A DNA stretch of 64,000 nt, taken from the NCBI RefSeq assembly GCF_001194135.2, contig NC_068987.1, forward strand, positions 5,936,841 through 6,000,840, in the 5' to 3' direction. The translations under genes were made by a program, and so were the position numbers. Source of the DNA: Octopus bimaculoides (Eukaryota). Numbering within the stretch: position 1 is the stretch's first letter; each line of letters begins with the position of its first letter. Of this stretch, positions 1 through 13,249 are shown piece by piece. Below the pieces are notes generated by a model. The model was not told the origin of the DNA. It was given only the letters and a program-made list of their open reading frames with translations, and did no database searches.

Positions 1-43
<43 letters not shown>

Positions 44-285
44 ATGTATATGTATATGCATGTATATTTGTATGCATGCATGTATGTATGTATGTATATA
101 TATGTATATGTGTGTGTGTGTGTGTGTGTGTATACATATATATATATGTATATGTATGCATATGTATGTATATATGTATGCATGTATGTGTATGTATACA
201 TACATATATATTTGTTTGTGTGTGTATGTGTGTGTATATATATGTGTGTGTGTGTGTGCCTGTGTGTGCGCCTGTGTGTGTGTTC
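1..285. repeat. Compound (TA)n/(TG)n/(TATG)n microsatellite
   Basis: Directly visible di- and tetranucleotide runs; source of the spurious CVCV/YIYI ORFs. Confidence 0.95.
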
Positions 286-408
286 GGTGTGGCGGGCGTG
301 AAAAAAATGTAAAGCACGAAACTAACGATCAATTTCGATAAGGAAACCGTATTCTCCACCACATGTATTGAGCACTCCTTTCTCGTTTGTTCAAAACAAC
401 ACAGTGTG

Positions 409-451
<43 letters not shown>

Positions 452-1213
452 NNNNNNNNNNNNNNNNNNNNNNNNNNNNNNNNNNNNNNNNNNNNNNNNN
501 NNNNNNNNNNNNNNNNNNNNNNNNNNNNNNNNNNNNNNNNNNNNNNNNNNNNNNNNNNNNNNNNNNNNNNNNNNNNNNNNNNNNNNNNNNNNNNNNNNNN
601 NNNNNNNNNNNNNNNNNNNNNNNNNNNNNNNNNNNNNNNNNNNNNNNNNNNNNNNNNNNNNNNNNNNNNNNNNNNNNNNNNNNNNNNNNNNNNNNNNNNN
701 NNNNNNNNNNNNNNNNNNNNNNNNNNNNNNNNNNNNNNNNNNNNNNNNNNNNNNNNNNNNNNNNNNNNNNNNNNNNNNNNNNNNNNNNNNNNNNNNNNNN
801 NNNNNNNNNNNNNNNNNNNNNNNNNNNNNNNNNNNNNNNNNNNNNNNNNNNNNNNNNNNNNNNNNNNNNNNNNNNNNNNNNNNNNNNNNNNNNNNNNNNN
901 NNNNNNNNNNNNNNNNNNNNNNNNNNNNNNNNNNNNNNNNNNNNNNNNNNNNNNNNNNNNNNNNNNNNNNNNNNNNNNNNNNNNNNNNNNNNNNNNNNNN
1001 NNNNNNNNNNNNNNNNNNNNNNNNNNNNNNNNNNNNNNNNNNNNNNNNNNNNNNNNNNNNNNNNNNNNNNNNNNNNNNNNNNNNNNNNNNNNNNNNNNNN
1101 NNNNNNNNNNNNNNNNNNNNNNNNNNNNNNNNNNNNNNNNNNNNNNNNNNNNNNNNNNNNNNNNNNNNNNNNNNNNNNNNNNNNNNNNNNNNNNNNNNNN
1201 NNNNNNNNNNNNN

Positions 1214-1284
<71 letters not shown>

Positions 1285-1959
1285 TATATATATATATGTA
1301 TATGTATGTATATATATGTATGTATATACTGCGGATGATTAGATTATGTGCACCATATAAAAAGTAGTGTACGTTTTCAGACTCTGAAATTTGGAGAAGT
1401 GTTATTTCTGTCTTATATCCAGAAATCATGTTATATAATCTCTTTACTTTAAATGCCTCGTTATATCTGCAAAAGTTTTAAAGCTTCAAAGAAATTGCAC
1501 GATTGATTTTGATCTCTTCTACCTCATAAGACATTGCTAATTATAAAGTTGAAACGCCGCCATGCGCTTATTTTTTTATTAACATAAAAAAGAATAATTT
1601 CAATATTTTACTTAATTATGGCCTTTTGCAAATATTCTAAATCAATAATTTACATATTTTTCTGTAAACGAACAACAAAAAGTGAATTCGTTTGAGTGTG
1701 TGGCAGTCCTTAATGTTTGTGAAATTATAGATTTTTAATAAAAAAAAAAATGAATATGTTATTTAATGCGCATGTCTGGAGTAAAAAAAAAAATCATCAT
1801 GTGAAATCTGGAAGAAAACTTGGAATCTAGATTAACAAGTATATGGGACGGAAGAAATGAATAACAGGAAATACTTAAAATATAATTGCCAACTAGATAT
1901 GGCGGTCTCATAGGGGATGATGCTACTGTTTTTTTTAGCTCCAGGAGAACGTCTACGTG

Positions 1960-2800
1960 AAAGCTTCGCTGCTGTGGGCTGCAATGAATCTAACATACGT
2001 TAAAATTACAAAGGGTGATTCATTTATCACCGATTCATTTATCACTGATTCCTTTATCATGGTATTTCTTTGGAACCAAACTCAATTGGTAAACATGAAT
2101 AGACGTATTATAATCCAAACACTTGGAAAATTTCAATTACTAACAATAATATTGATGTTCCCTTCATTCGATATCACCTTTTATTAGCTATAAACGGGGC
2201 GTTGGAACTGGAAGAAGAATTTAGCAATAACTCGCTTTACACGTTCTTGTCTTCGCAATATTTGATACTCTCCCAAACATGTCCATAACTCATTCAAAAC
2301 AGCCCAACAAATTTTAACTCCAGTATGACGGTGAGGTTAAGAAGCCCTCATTGCTGTATCTAGGGAAAGCATTTCATGCTACAGTCCAGATAAATTCAAG
2401 CCTGAGTGGAAAGAAATGATGCGGACATTCATCGGTTGGATTGTATTCATTCTTTAAAAGTATTCATAATTTTTCACTCTTTTCAACGCTAGCATCATGT
2501 CGTTGAGTCTCTTTAGTAGAGGCCCCAATGTTGCATGCACTCAAGTTAGCTCTCTTCTTCAATGATAAATTACTTCATCAACTCTATCAGTCTCAGTCTC
2601 TACAAAAAGGTCATAAGCATTGGCACTTTCTTATTGGACTATATCACACAAAATATAAATCGCATTGATTCTGATTGTTGCTTTTGGCACCAGACGAACG
2701 AACCAGCAAGTGTTTGGATAGTTATTTAGTAATATAGGATTAACTGCATTTATATAAGTTTCATTTACATCAAACTCTCTAGTGTTCTCTGTTTATGGAC
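1960..2800 (-). pseudogene. Possible highly decayed hAT-type transposase remnant
   Basis: Manual minus-strand translation across stops and frameshifts gives, in the expected order, PHRHTGVKICWAVLNEL (HTG-like), VISNEGNIN (DN-like) and a frameshifted C-A-A-H-like motif. Similarity is weak and judged by eye. Confidence 0.25.
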
Positions 2801-3522
2801 AAACGTTCTTATAGCCATTCAGAATTACTCTGAACAAACATACTTAATGATCTTTCCTCGCGTAAATACATGAGGAATCTATGAGCAAATGTTTACATTG
2901 CTGTTGTGATCGATGTAACTATATCCGGCAGTGATCTATTAGGATCTAATGCAAAGCAAAACATTCCAAAAGCAAAGACCTGTGGAAGTGCGAGACTGCA
3001 ATATTCATTATATTTAAGTTTTCAGAATATGTGAGTAACTTTATGTTTGCATTTCTGCCTTACATCAAATGGAATCTGGTGGGATATAACTAGAATTGGT
3101 TAGTCTTGAATCTATCTATAATGGCGTTGTTAAGAAGAACCCTTTTGCGGCAATGCGGTTTCAGGATCAGGTTCTTCGGCAAGTGGCTTCTCCTATCTCT
3201 TAGGGTTGACCAATGCGTGGACAGAAAGTGAGTAAATAGCTAACTCGCTTTGTGATCACAAGTGCACCTAACCTCACGTGTGCATATGCTCACATTTTTC
3301 CGAATGCTTGTATGAGCGAGTGTACTCGCGCCTATGTAGCTTGCCCGAGGGCGTTTATTCATCCATATTTGTTAACGGTTATTTTTAATACTTTTCTCAC
3401 TGGATTGCATGTTCGTTCCTCTTTTTGCCATCTGTAATTTTATTTTTGATCTTCTATATAAATGAAGATATTTCCTCCGTCTGGTTGCTTTTCTCTCTAC
3501 AAAACGGAAAGTTACATTGCAG

Positions 3523-3657
3523 AACAATAATTTTAACGAGTTGTATTCATTTATCAACCGACGAGATACATCTGCATCACCGGATGCTCCCGAACCAGTT
3601 GTTGAGTGTCTCACCCAAAAGGAATCGATGTTAGATGTGTCGAAACAATTGTCGTGA
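3523..3657 (+). CDS. Candidate terminal coding exon of an unidentified gene
   Basis: ttgcag| acceptor with an upstream pyrimidine run, then 44 open codons NNNFNELYSFINRRDTSASPDAPEPVVECLTQKESMLDVSKQLS* in non-repetitive sequence. No homology recognised. Confidence 0.2.
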   Translation, partial: NNNFNELYSFINRRDTSASPDAPEPVVECLTQKESMLDVSKQLS

Positions 3658-3708
3658 TTAATAATAAATTCTCTTATATTCCATCTTTCGTCTTTCATTT
3701 GCCACAAA

Positions 3709-3748
<40 letters not shown>

Positions 3749-4705
3749 NNNNNNNNNNNNNNNNNNNNNNNNNNNNNNNNNNNNNNNNNNNNNNNNNNNN
3801 NNNNNNNNNNNNNNNNNNNNNNNNNNNNNNNNNNNNNNNNNNNNNNNNNNNNNNNNNNNNNNNNNNNNNNNNNNNNNNNNNNNNNNNNNNNNNNNNNNNN
3901 NNNNNNNNNNNNNNNNNNNNNNNNNNNNNNNNNNNNNNNNNNNNNNNNNNNNNNNNNNNNNNNNNNNNNNNNNNNNNNNNNNNNNNNNNNNNNNNNNNNN
4001 NNNNNNNNNNNNNNNNNNNNNNNNNNNNNNNNNNNNNNNNNNNNNNNNNNNNNNNNNNNNNNNNNNNNNNNNNNNNNNNNNNNNNNNNNNNNNNNNNNNN
4101 NNNNNNNNNNNNNNNNNNNNNNNNNNNNNNNNNNNNNNNNNNNNNNNNNNNNNNNNNNNNNNNNNNNNNNNNNNNNNNNNNNNNNNNNNNNNNNNNNNNN
4201 NNNNNNNNNNNNNNNNNNNNNNNNNNNNNNNNNNNNNNNNNNNNNNNNNNNNNNNNNNNNNNNNNNNNNNNNNNNNNNNNNNNNNNNNNNNNNNNNNNNN
4301 NNNNNNNNNNNNNNNNNNNNNNNNNNNNNNNNNNNNNNNNNNNNNNNNNNNNNNNNNNNNNNNNNNNNNNNNNNNNNNNNNNNNNNNNNNNNNNNNNNNN
4401 NNNNNNNNNNNNNNNNNNNNNNNNNNNNNNNNNNNNNNNNNNNNNNNNNNNNNNNNNNNNNNNNNNNNNNNNNNNNNNNNNNNNNNNNNNNNNNNNNNNN
4501 NNNNNNNNNNNNNNNNNNNNNNNNNNNNNNNNNNNNNNNNNNNNNNNNNNNNNNNNNNNNNNNNNNNNNNNNNNNNNNNNNNNNNNNNNNNNNNNNNNNN
4601 NNNNNNNNNNNNNNNNNNNNNNNNNNNNNNNNNNNNNNNNNNNNNNNNNNNNNNNNNNCGGTAGTGGCGGTGGCGGTGGTGATCATGATGGTGTTGGGGG
4701 TGATA

Positions 4706-4733
4706 AAACAACAACAACAACAACAACAACAGC

Positions 4734-4781
<48 letters not shown>

Positions 4782-4817
4782 AACAACAACAATAATAATA
4801 ATGATAATAATAATAAC

Positions 4818-4863
<46 letters not shown>
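4706..4863. repeat. (AAC)n/(AAT)n trinucleotide microsatellite
   Basis: Direct inspection. Confidence 0.95.
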
Positions 4864-4864
<1 letters not shown>

Positions 4865-5550
4865 GGCAACAACAACCAAGCATAACCTATTTTTGCGCTC
4901 TTGACGTTGAAGTGCATTCTCATCAGTCACACATGGATGAATCTGTGCATTTTAACATTTGGCGGGAGGGAGGCTTTTCTTTTTAACAAACCCACACAAG
5001 ACCCACGCAAACCCGCACAATCCCACGTGCTCAAACACATAGTCACAGAGTTCATTAGATACACAATTATTTCCACGTATATTCGTAAGCGTACATGAAT
5101 AAAATATGACGCCATCACGTATAAAGGACGAAACCAAAAGGGAGAAAAAATGGCTACAAACGAGCTGCTGTCAAATTAATTTAACGGCGAGTGTGCACCG
5201 TTGTACTTTTTATATTTTCATTCCTAGAGGTTGGGTCTTTCTCTGTTATTTCCTTATCAGTGACGTTTTTGTAAAGCTTTCCCCTAGTTACCATTTTCAT
5301 TTCAACTTAATATCTCGGCTTGATTGAGTAAGTAGAATGGTCCAACTCGTCGAACATTATATTCACCTGCCTCTCTCACTATATCTATTTGTCTCTTTCT
5401 CTTTCTGGCGCATGTCCATTTTTAGAACATATAACATTAAGTGAAAACAGCAATGTATTCTATTAAATAAAATATGTCGAAGACGTAAACGCTTTTAGTG
5501 TACAAATTATCTTTCTGTCTTGGGATACAAAAGAAATTGTGTACTAAATA

Positions 5551-5920
5551 TTCTTTTCTGCTCTTGGCACAAGGCCCGGAATTTTTTTGGGTGGAGGCCA
5601 GTCGATTAGATCGACACCAGTACGAAACTGTTACTTAATTTATCGACCCCGAAAGGATGAAAGGCAGAGTCGACGGATGAAATACCGCTAAGTATTTCAT
5701 CTACCATGCTAACGACTCTGCCAGCTCGCTGCCTTAAATAATCTTTTCTATTCTAGGCACAAGGCCCGAAATTTTTTTTCGGGGTGGGGGGAGGGGGCAG
5801 CCGATTAGATCGACCCAAGTACGCAACTGGTAATAAATTTATCGACCCCGAAAGGATAAAAGGCAAAGTCGACCTCGGCGGAATTTTAACTCAGAAAGTA
5901 AAGACAAATGAAATACCGCA
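5551..5920 (-). mobile_element. Two tandem copies of tRNA-derived SINE family 1 (Deu/Nin-like body), tail type A
   Basis: Reverse complement of the recurrent GCCTTTCATCCTTTCGGGGTCGATAAATTAAGTACCAG box and the GGGCCTTGTGCCTAGA tail seen in more than 15 copies in the window. Confidence 0.85.
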
Positions 5921-6442
5921 TAGGGTTGATTTCTTCAACGAAAATCCTTCAAGGTTCTGCTCCAGCCTGGCCACAGACTAATGGCTGAAACAAGAATAAT
6001 GGTAAGATACTGTTTCGTTGGCAAGAAACACAACTATTCCTTTCTTTCGTTATTCTGTTTATCTCGACAATTTATCTCGATTAAGAAATATTTTACATGA
6101 CTTCACAATTCTACTGCAATATGCAATCACTCGCAAACACACTCTCATACACACACGTGCACTCATTCACTCATACGCGCATCTGTACAGGTATATGCAT
6201 TTCTACTGCTCTAAGTAAATTTTCCTGATTTTAATAAATTTGATAAATTTTCAATTCCTGTTCAGCTTGAACTTTAAAATATAAACACTTGAGAACACTG
6301 ACATTAAATATATTGAATTAAATTAATTCATTCTAATATATTATATGTATCACTGCGGTGTTCCAGTGTGGCCGCATCTACTGGGAACAGTAAAAGAGAA
6401 AGTATTTATATATATATATATATATATATATANNNNNNNNNN

Positions 6443-6514
<72 letters not shown>

Positions 6515-7069
6515 TCTATGTGTGTAAATATAGAAAGAATAAGTCAGAAAGAGAAAAAGATTGTTATATGTATAAATATACATTAATATGTAGGCGTGTG
6601 AACATATAAACAGAGATACATACACATATATTTATCATTGTATATGTGTGGTGTGTGCGTGTATACATATGTGTGTGTGTGTGAGTGTATGTGTGTATGT
6701 ATCTATGTCTATGACTATAATTGTTTATCAAAAATTTATTTCATATAATAAAATCTTGTGTATTTATTATATTAAATGCACCACATTTTTCGGTCCTCAA
6801 ACTACAAGCGAATACCTTGAGGCATAATGAGCAATAACGAAAAGTGTGGGAAAAATTGAAATTGTTCTTACACACACATTGAGAATCATAGACGCACAGA
6901 CAAACGGAACATAAGCATGGATATATACACTTGCACAGTGAAGGTAATTGAAATATATGCAGAGATTATACGGACTTGCTTTCAACGTTTTCACTTCTTA
7001 CATATAAAGCTCACGCGGTTCTTTATATTCATATATACCTTTAAGCAGACGTTCATACAGAGGTTCACT

Positions 7070-7106
<37 letters not shown>

Positions 7107-7599
7107 ATACAAATATACATAGATACACAAACATACACACACATAAATATGTGTTTATTTTATTTAACTAGTTAAAAAGGCTATGAGGCAAATTTCGATG
7201 CTCTAGTCGTTATATACATACATACGTACACAAACATACATGGATGCATATATATATATNNNNNNNNNNNNNNNNNNNNNNNNNNNNNNNNNNNNNNNNN
7301 NNNNNNNNNNNNNNNNNNNNNNNNNNNNNNNNNNNNNNNNNNNNNNNNNNNNNNNNNNNNNNNNNNNNNNNNNNNNNNNNNNNNNNNNNNNNNNNNNNNN
7401 NNNNNNNNNNNNNNNNNNNNNNNNNNNNNNNNNNNNNNNNNNNNNNNNNNNNNNNNNNNNNNNNNNNNNNNNNNNNNNNNNNNNNNNNNNNNNNNNNNNN
7501 NNNNNNNNNNNNNNNNNNNNNNNNNNNNNNNNNNNNNNNNNNNNNNNNNNNNNNNNNNNNNNNNNNNNNNNNNNNNNNNNNNNNNNNNNNNNNNNNNNN

Positions 7600-7632
<33 letters not shown>

Positions 7633-8352
7633 ATGTTCAAAAAAGAAAAAAAAAATTGTAAAAATTCAACAGCACATAACATAGGCAAATAGAGAATTGA
7701 AATAAGTAAAAATAAATGTGTCATCTCCGATAATCGTTCAAAAAGTCAAACACATTCATTCATAATGTGCACATCAAAACATATATAATTATGTATAAAG
7801 TTCTTGTGTAATCTAGCCTAGAGCAGAGTATTAATCCTATGTAGGGACACATATTTATCGTTACTGGAAGAAAAAAAAACGACAAGATGAAAGTCTAGAA
7901 CTGCAAGGAAATGGCACGTGCTTCGCAAAATAACTGTGTAATTTAGATCTGTGTAGGCATCAGAGTTAGATCTTTTATAGTTTGCAAACATCAAGCGTTT
8001 TCTGGTAACTTTTCAAACCATCTGTAGGTATCCGGCATTTATCAATTCCTGGTGCAGTTTTGATATGCAAAAGTAGGCCCTGTGATTACGTAAATAGAGT
8101 AGAGGGCAAAATGAATTCATAATTATCGATTCATCCTTTGAAGGTGCGAAGTTAAATAACAAAAAAAAAAAAAAGAAAATCTTTATTAATTCAAAATGTC
8201 AAATTGCAGAACCTAAATCATGATACTTCACAACAGATCAATCGTAATATCAACGTATGTAGGTAGGTTCGATATTTAAGAGATGAGGAATTATATACAT
8301 TATTTACATTATTTAAATTTGACGGATATTTGTCCTTATCTTGTTTGTTGTT

Positions 8353-8398
8353 AACACAACGTTTCGGCTGATATACCCTCCAGCCTTCGTCAGGTGTC
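8353..8398 (-). ncRNA. Minimal type I hammerhead ribozyme (family A)
   Basis: Minus strand reads GACAC-CUGACGA-A-GGCUGG(AGGGUAUA)UCAGCC-GAAAC-GUU-GUGUU: core boxes CUGANGA and GAAA, 5-bp stem I, 6-bp stem II, palindromic ACGU stem III, NUH triplet GUU. Confidence 0.8.
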
Positions 8399-8445
8399 TT
8401 GAGGAAATTTCGAACCTGGGTTCTCATTGCTAAGGTATTTTCCGA

Positions 8446-8447
<2 letters not shown>

Positions 8448-8482
<35 letters not shown>

Positions 8483-8513
8483 GTTATTGTTATTATTATT
8501 ATTATTATTATTA

Positions 8514-8601
<88 letters not shown>
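8448..8601. repeat. (TTA)n microsatellite within the family A insertion
   Basis: Direct inspection. Confidence 0.95.
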
Positions 8602-8602
<1 letters not shown>

Positions 8603-8887
8603 TCTCCGAGACAACAACAAATAAGATGAGGATAAATATCCATCAAATATAAATAATGTGTATGTAGGTAGGTCTCTTAATTCTTGCTATATCAAGCACC
8701 TTACCTTAATTACATATTAGCAGATACGCACATGTGTATGGAACATGGAGCACGTTTCTTGATCGTCTCTCAATGTCTTAGAAAGCGCTTTCAGATTTTC
8801 ATCAAATTACTCTGTAACCTCTGAACAAAAGATTATGTCAGGTGTACCTTGGTGTACGCTGATGTTTGCCCTTTATGTTTCCGAGGT

Positions 8888-9085
8888 GTCTAACCGTGTG
8901 GCTTAGTGGTTAGCGTATTCCACTCCTGATCTTATGGTCGAGAGTTCGATCCCCGGCGGCACGTTTTATTTTTGAGCCAGATCCTTTGTTTCGCGTTGCT
9001 CCAGTTAACTCAGCTAGCAAAATTGTGTAGTAACCTTGTTTTCAAAGAGCCAGCCTTGTCACACTCTGTGTCATACTGCTACAAT
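8888..9085 (+). mobile_element. Diverged tRNA-headed SINE fragment
   Basis: A-box TGGCTTAGTGGTTAG, B-box GAGTTCGATCCC, the GTTGCTCCAGTTAACTCAGCT box shared with 58921-59195, and CCAGCCTTGTCACACTCTGTGTCA shared with family 3. Confidence 0.7.
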
Positions 9086-9210
9086 CGGTGCGTTGAAGCA
9101 AGAGGATCCTATTTGAAGGACATCAAAAATTACTGTCTCCCTTGAAAAAGTCTCGAAACTTCTGGAACGCACCTTGTATACACATCAAGGTTTCTATACA
9201 CATTCATATA

Positions 9211-9256
<46 letters not shown>

Positions 9257-10194
9257 GAGAGAGAGACAGACAGACAGACAGATACGGGTTTTACTGATTT
9301 CTTTTTTCTTTCCTGGAGGGGAACAAATTGTTAATTCACACACTACGAATCTATGGTATATGAATTGGGAATGATGTTTAGCTTCACGTGAAGAGAAATA
9401 TTATATATTGCAAATAAGCAAACGGACACATATATCTCCACTGAATAAGAATACCGTATTGAAATTAGCCTTTCAAGGCATGTCTGATGTTGGGTTGATG
9501 GGAGTGAGAAAATTATGATTTATAAAGAAACGAATGGAAATTTATCAATGGAGTTCTGATGCCGCATTATACAGCAGATACAAGTAATAATAGTGAGAAT
9601 AATGGTAACAAGTAGAATGGTAAAGATATTGTTGGTTCGGCAGTGATCGCCACAAACGTAGACTGCGGATGACAATCGATTGTGCAAATGTAGGCTTGTG
9701 TTTGTATACTTTAGGCGGAAATGGAGTCACCTCCGCTATCAGAAAGTAATATTAAGATGCTATTCTGCTTCAATAATGTTCTGTTGAACCTGATAGAAAA
9801 AATAATAATGAAGTCCTTGGAGTATAAATTTGAATACGAGACAATTTCGAGTTCCGATGGACGGGATTGTATATCCAAAATTACATATTCATGAAAACTT
9901 TTCTTATATTTTAGTTTAAAAATATAAGAAAATATATTTTTGCAATATTGTGTTTGTATGTGTATTTTATAAACATGAATGCATACAGTCAAATAAACAT
10001 ACACACACACATACATACACATTATTGAAAATTCAACAAAGAAATATGAATAATAGTGAAGGAAAGAGTATGGTCAGTCATTGGCAGGCATAGTTTATTA
10101 AGGCTTTCCACACATTCCTATCTTCAGCCGCTTGAAGTATTTCATTGAGCGACATCCCGCAGTCCGCCCGAATCATTCGTTGGTAAGGCGTTCT

Positions 10195-10372
10195 TGGTCG
10201 TTTCCTCTCCTGCTTTCCACTTTGTTAAGCAACAGGCGGACGCTGGTGGCGAACCCTGCTCTACTCTTCCACCACAACTTTCTCTCACTCTTTCTTCCAG
10301 TTTCTGTTGTACCTGTATTTCAAAGGGCCAACCTTGTGACATTCTGTGTCACGCTGAATCTCCCCGATTCAG
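10195..10372 (+). mobile_element. SINE family 3 internal fragment
   Basis: Aligns by eye to the middle of the full copies at 34139-34527 and 48736-49120. Confidence 0.8.
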
Positions 10373-10399
10373 GTGGTCTGATCAATAAGTATAAGCACT

Positions 10400-10585
10400 A
10401 TTGCCATGGTAACAAAGCTACAGCACGCAAAGTAAAGCCTTAAATTCTGCCGTGTATGGGAACCAAGTTTTAAGGTTCTAGCTCACTTCCTCTGTTTACG
10501 GCAGTGTACGTTCACAGCAAAGTTTGACGTCAATCAATGCCGAGCAGCTTTATTCTGCGTACTTTAGCTTCGTTACTATGACAAC
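10400..10585. promoter_or_regulatory. Candidate promoter/enhancer with two RFX X-boxes, a CRE and an ETS site
   Basis: ATTGCCATGGTAAC (10400-10413), ACTTCCT (10485-10491), TGACGTCA (10525-10532) and GTTACTATGACAAC (10572-10585) in non-repetitive DNA. Confidence 0.4.
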
Positions 10586-10635
10586 AGCCCGGATATGTAT
10601 TGATCAAACCTCGTCTGTATACATATGTATGTATT

Positions 10636-10686
<51 letters not shown>

Positions 10687-10895
10687 NNNNNNNNNNNNNN
10701 NNNNNNNNNNNNNNNNNNNNNNNNNNNNNNNNNNNNNNNNNNNNNNNNNNNNNNNNNNNNNNNNNNNNNNNNNNNNNNNNNNNNNNNNNNNNNNNNNNNN
10801 NNNNNNNNNNNNNNNNNNNNNNNNNNNNNNNNNNNNNNNNNNNNNNNNNNNNNNNNNNNNNNNNNNNNNNNNNNNNNNNNNNNNNNNNNNNNNNN

Positions 10896-10931
<36 letters not shown>

Positions 10932-13249
10932 TGTATATTAGAGATACCGTAATGTATTTCGAAGCAAATAGTCTGACGTCATGCCTCAAGAGGATGTGTA
11001 TGAAATTTCCGAGGACTTATCTGTAGATAAAAATTGTTTCATTGTTCAAGATAATCTCAAGTAGATCGAAAAACTGTATAGGAAAAACGAAAAAGTAAAT
11101 ATAAGCCATCCTGTAACATGATCAAACACGGTCACGTTCGCCGAAGACAACCCGAGAAAAATAATTTCATAAAACTGGGTAATTTTACTTCAACGCATCG
11201 CCAACTCACCGTAGGTAGCACCATCATATTTTTGTTCTTTCAGGTCTCATGAAATCTGTCCTAATGGAATAACATTGAGAGACATGTCCTATATCGACAC
11301 GGCTTTCGAAACAGTTTTTTCTCTAAGCAACAACCTGATATATTTTTTTGCCTGAGGAATTAGGAAAGCGGTTTTGACGTTTGGAAACGGGGAAATTTCT
11401 AAAAATGCCGATAATATTTTGAATAAATGAATAATTTTACGAAATGCATTATGTTGATTTAAACTCATAAGATGAGCTGAAATTACATCGGTACCCCTAA
11501 TTTACATGTGTGTGTATTGGGCGGGGGGGTATGTAGGTATTGTGTGAGTGTGTGTATGTATACATATTTATTGTGTATATATTTATATTTGTTTCCTGTC
11601 CTTTTGTCAATGTTTAATTTCTTATTACCGCTCTGTACCCGACTGACGCTGTATTCTGAAGCATACGTATACTGAGGTCTAACGCTAGGTTATTAGTATT
11701 GCTATGCATAAGCAAAACACACACACATACATACATAATACATAAATGCATGCATCCATGCACCCATGCATACATACATACGTAGATACATATATACATA
11801 TATTTATGATAGAATAATATACATGTGTGCACGTGTGTGTGTATTTATAGAGAAGTGTGTGTGTGAGTATATATTTATAGAGATGTATGTGCGTTCAATA
11901 CTGTGTAGTCTTTTATGTATAGAGCATAGCCTAGAAAATAAAATGTATGAAATTATGGCCCCGTCGGTACATCAAAGCGTTAAAAGGGTTGTTGGAAAAT
12001 TTATGAAAACATACACAAAATCATTTAACGAGCTTTTGTGCTGCTTTTCTTTGTAAATCCCAATATCTAAGTGTTTCTTAAGGTCTGTTTTATGGCTGTT
12101 TACATTTTCCCTGTTCGTTGTGAATTGCAATAAAAGAAACTAAGTTTCCTGGCTTAAGCACTTCTGCAAAACAAATATTTTCATTACGCTCGTGAAATAT
12201 CTATTTCTGTTCTTCATATTATATCCCTGTTCTGTGAGTTGATGGTAAATATCACTTCTTTCCTTTTATTTTTTTTATCTTTCGTCTTTTAGTTTTTAAA
12301 ATTAATTTGAGATTCGAGCAATCTTCTGCAGTATTTTACAGAGAGAAAGGCCAAAAAGATGTATTGACATTTCAATTCTATTCGTATTTTCTCGGTTTCT
12401 ATTTTCTGTTTCTTCCTATTTGTGTGCTCTGCAGTTGCTCATGCGTTAGTACAGGAAGTGCATGTATTTGAATATAAGTGTTTCATTAGAGGTTGTCCTA
12501 TAATTATATGATCTAAGGCACAGCCACAATACCAATCGATAGTTTTGTTTTCCCTTCATTTCTTTTCTCCACAATTTCTTCTGAGTGCGCTCTTTTTCAG
12601 TCATTTATTTTATTTGTTCTTATTTCACTTTTTCTCATCTAACATCTTTACACCTCCGTATACATTTCTTCATCTTTTCTCTCTTTTACAACACACACAA
12701 CATTTCTCCTTATCTTTCTCTCCGTTCCCCCTCTCTCTATCTCTTTCTCCATTTCCCCAACCCATTCTTTTCCTCTTGATATCACCCGCCTGAGTCACAC
12801 CCTCACTTCTATGATACAAACCTCCTGTTTTAAAGTGATCTAAATTAAAACCTCCCCTCTATATTCCATGCTCATTTATGTTCCAGATACCAGTTTAATA
12901 ATCTGAAAATTATTTTACTAACTTCTAACTTTTTATTAAGGAGGATGGATAAACCAGTGAGGTACAACAGCTATAAAACTAAAAAGACCAGTCAGTTCGA
13001 CTCATGGTCCCGGCTGAAAAATGGGAAATGCGTTGCTTGGAGGATGGCGTGGGAGGCGCGCTGGAACAGCCACTCCGACGAATCGGGCTCACTCATCAAA
13101 TATTAGATTTGTTTCTGTTATACTTTAGTTTATCTCACTGACGTTCCTTACTTAGTGTTATATCATTTATTTCCATACACGATACACTAAATATATCAGA
13201 TCACTTATTGTGCGTCTTTCCAGACAATTAATCTCACATTGATCCAAGC

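Larger units (their letters stand above)
8269..8659 (-). mobile_element. Hammerhead-bearing Penelope pseudo-LTR/retrozyme-like element, family A, with inverted 5' segment
   Basis: About 180 bp homologous to 19615-19797, adjoining (TTA)n, followed by an inverted partial copy of its own post-ribozyme sequence (~8611-8659). Flanked by the 14-bp direct repeat GTATGTAGGTAGGT (8255-8268 and 8660-8673). Confidence 0.8.

Noticed and set aside
30-1429. Long ORFs rich in CV/YI/HT/X here and throughout the track
   Set aside because: They are translations of dinucleotide microsatellites and N gaps, not genes.
2018-2062. Three 15-bp direct repeats GATTCATTTATCACY
   Set aside because: No spacers and only three degenerate units; a local slippage duplication, not CRISPR-like.
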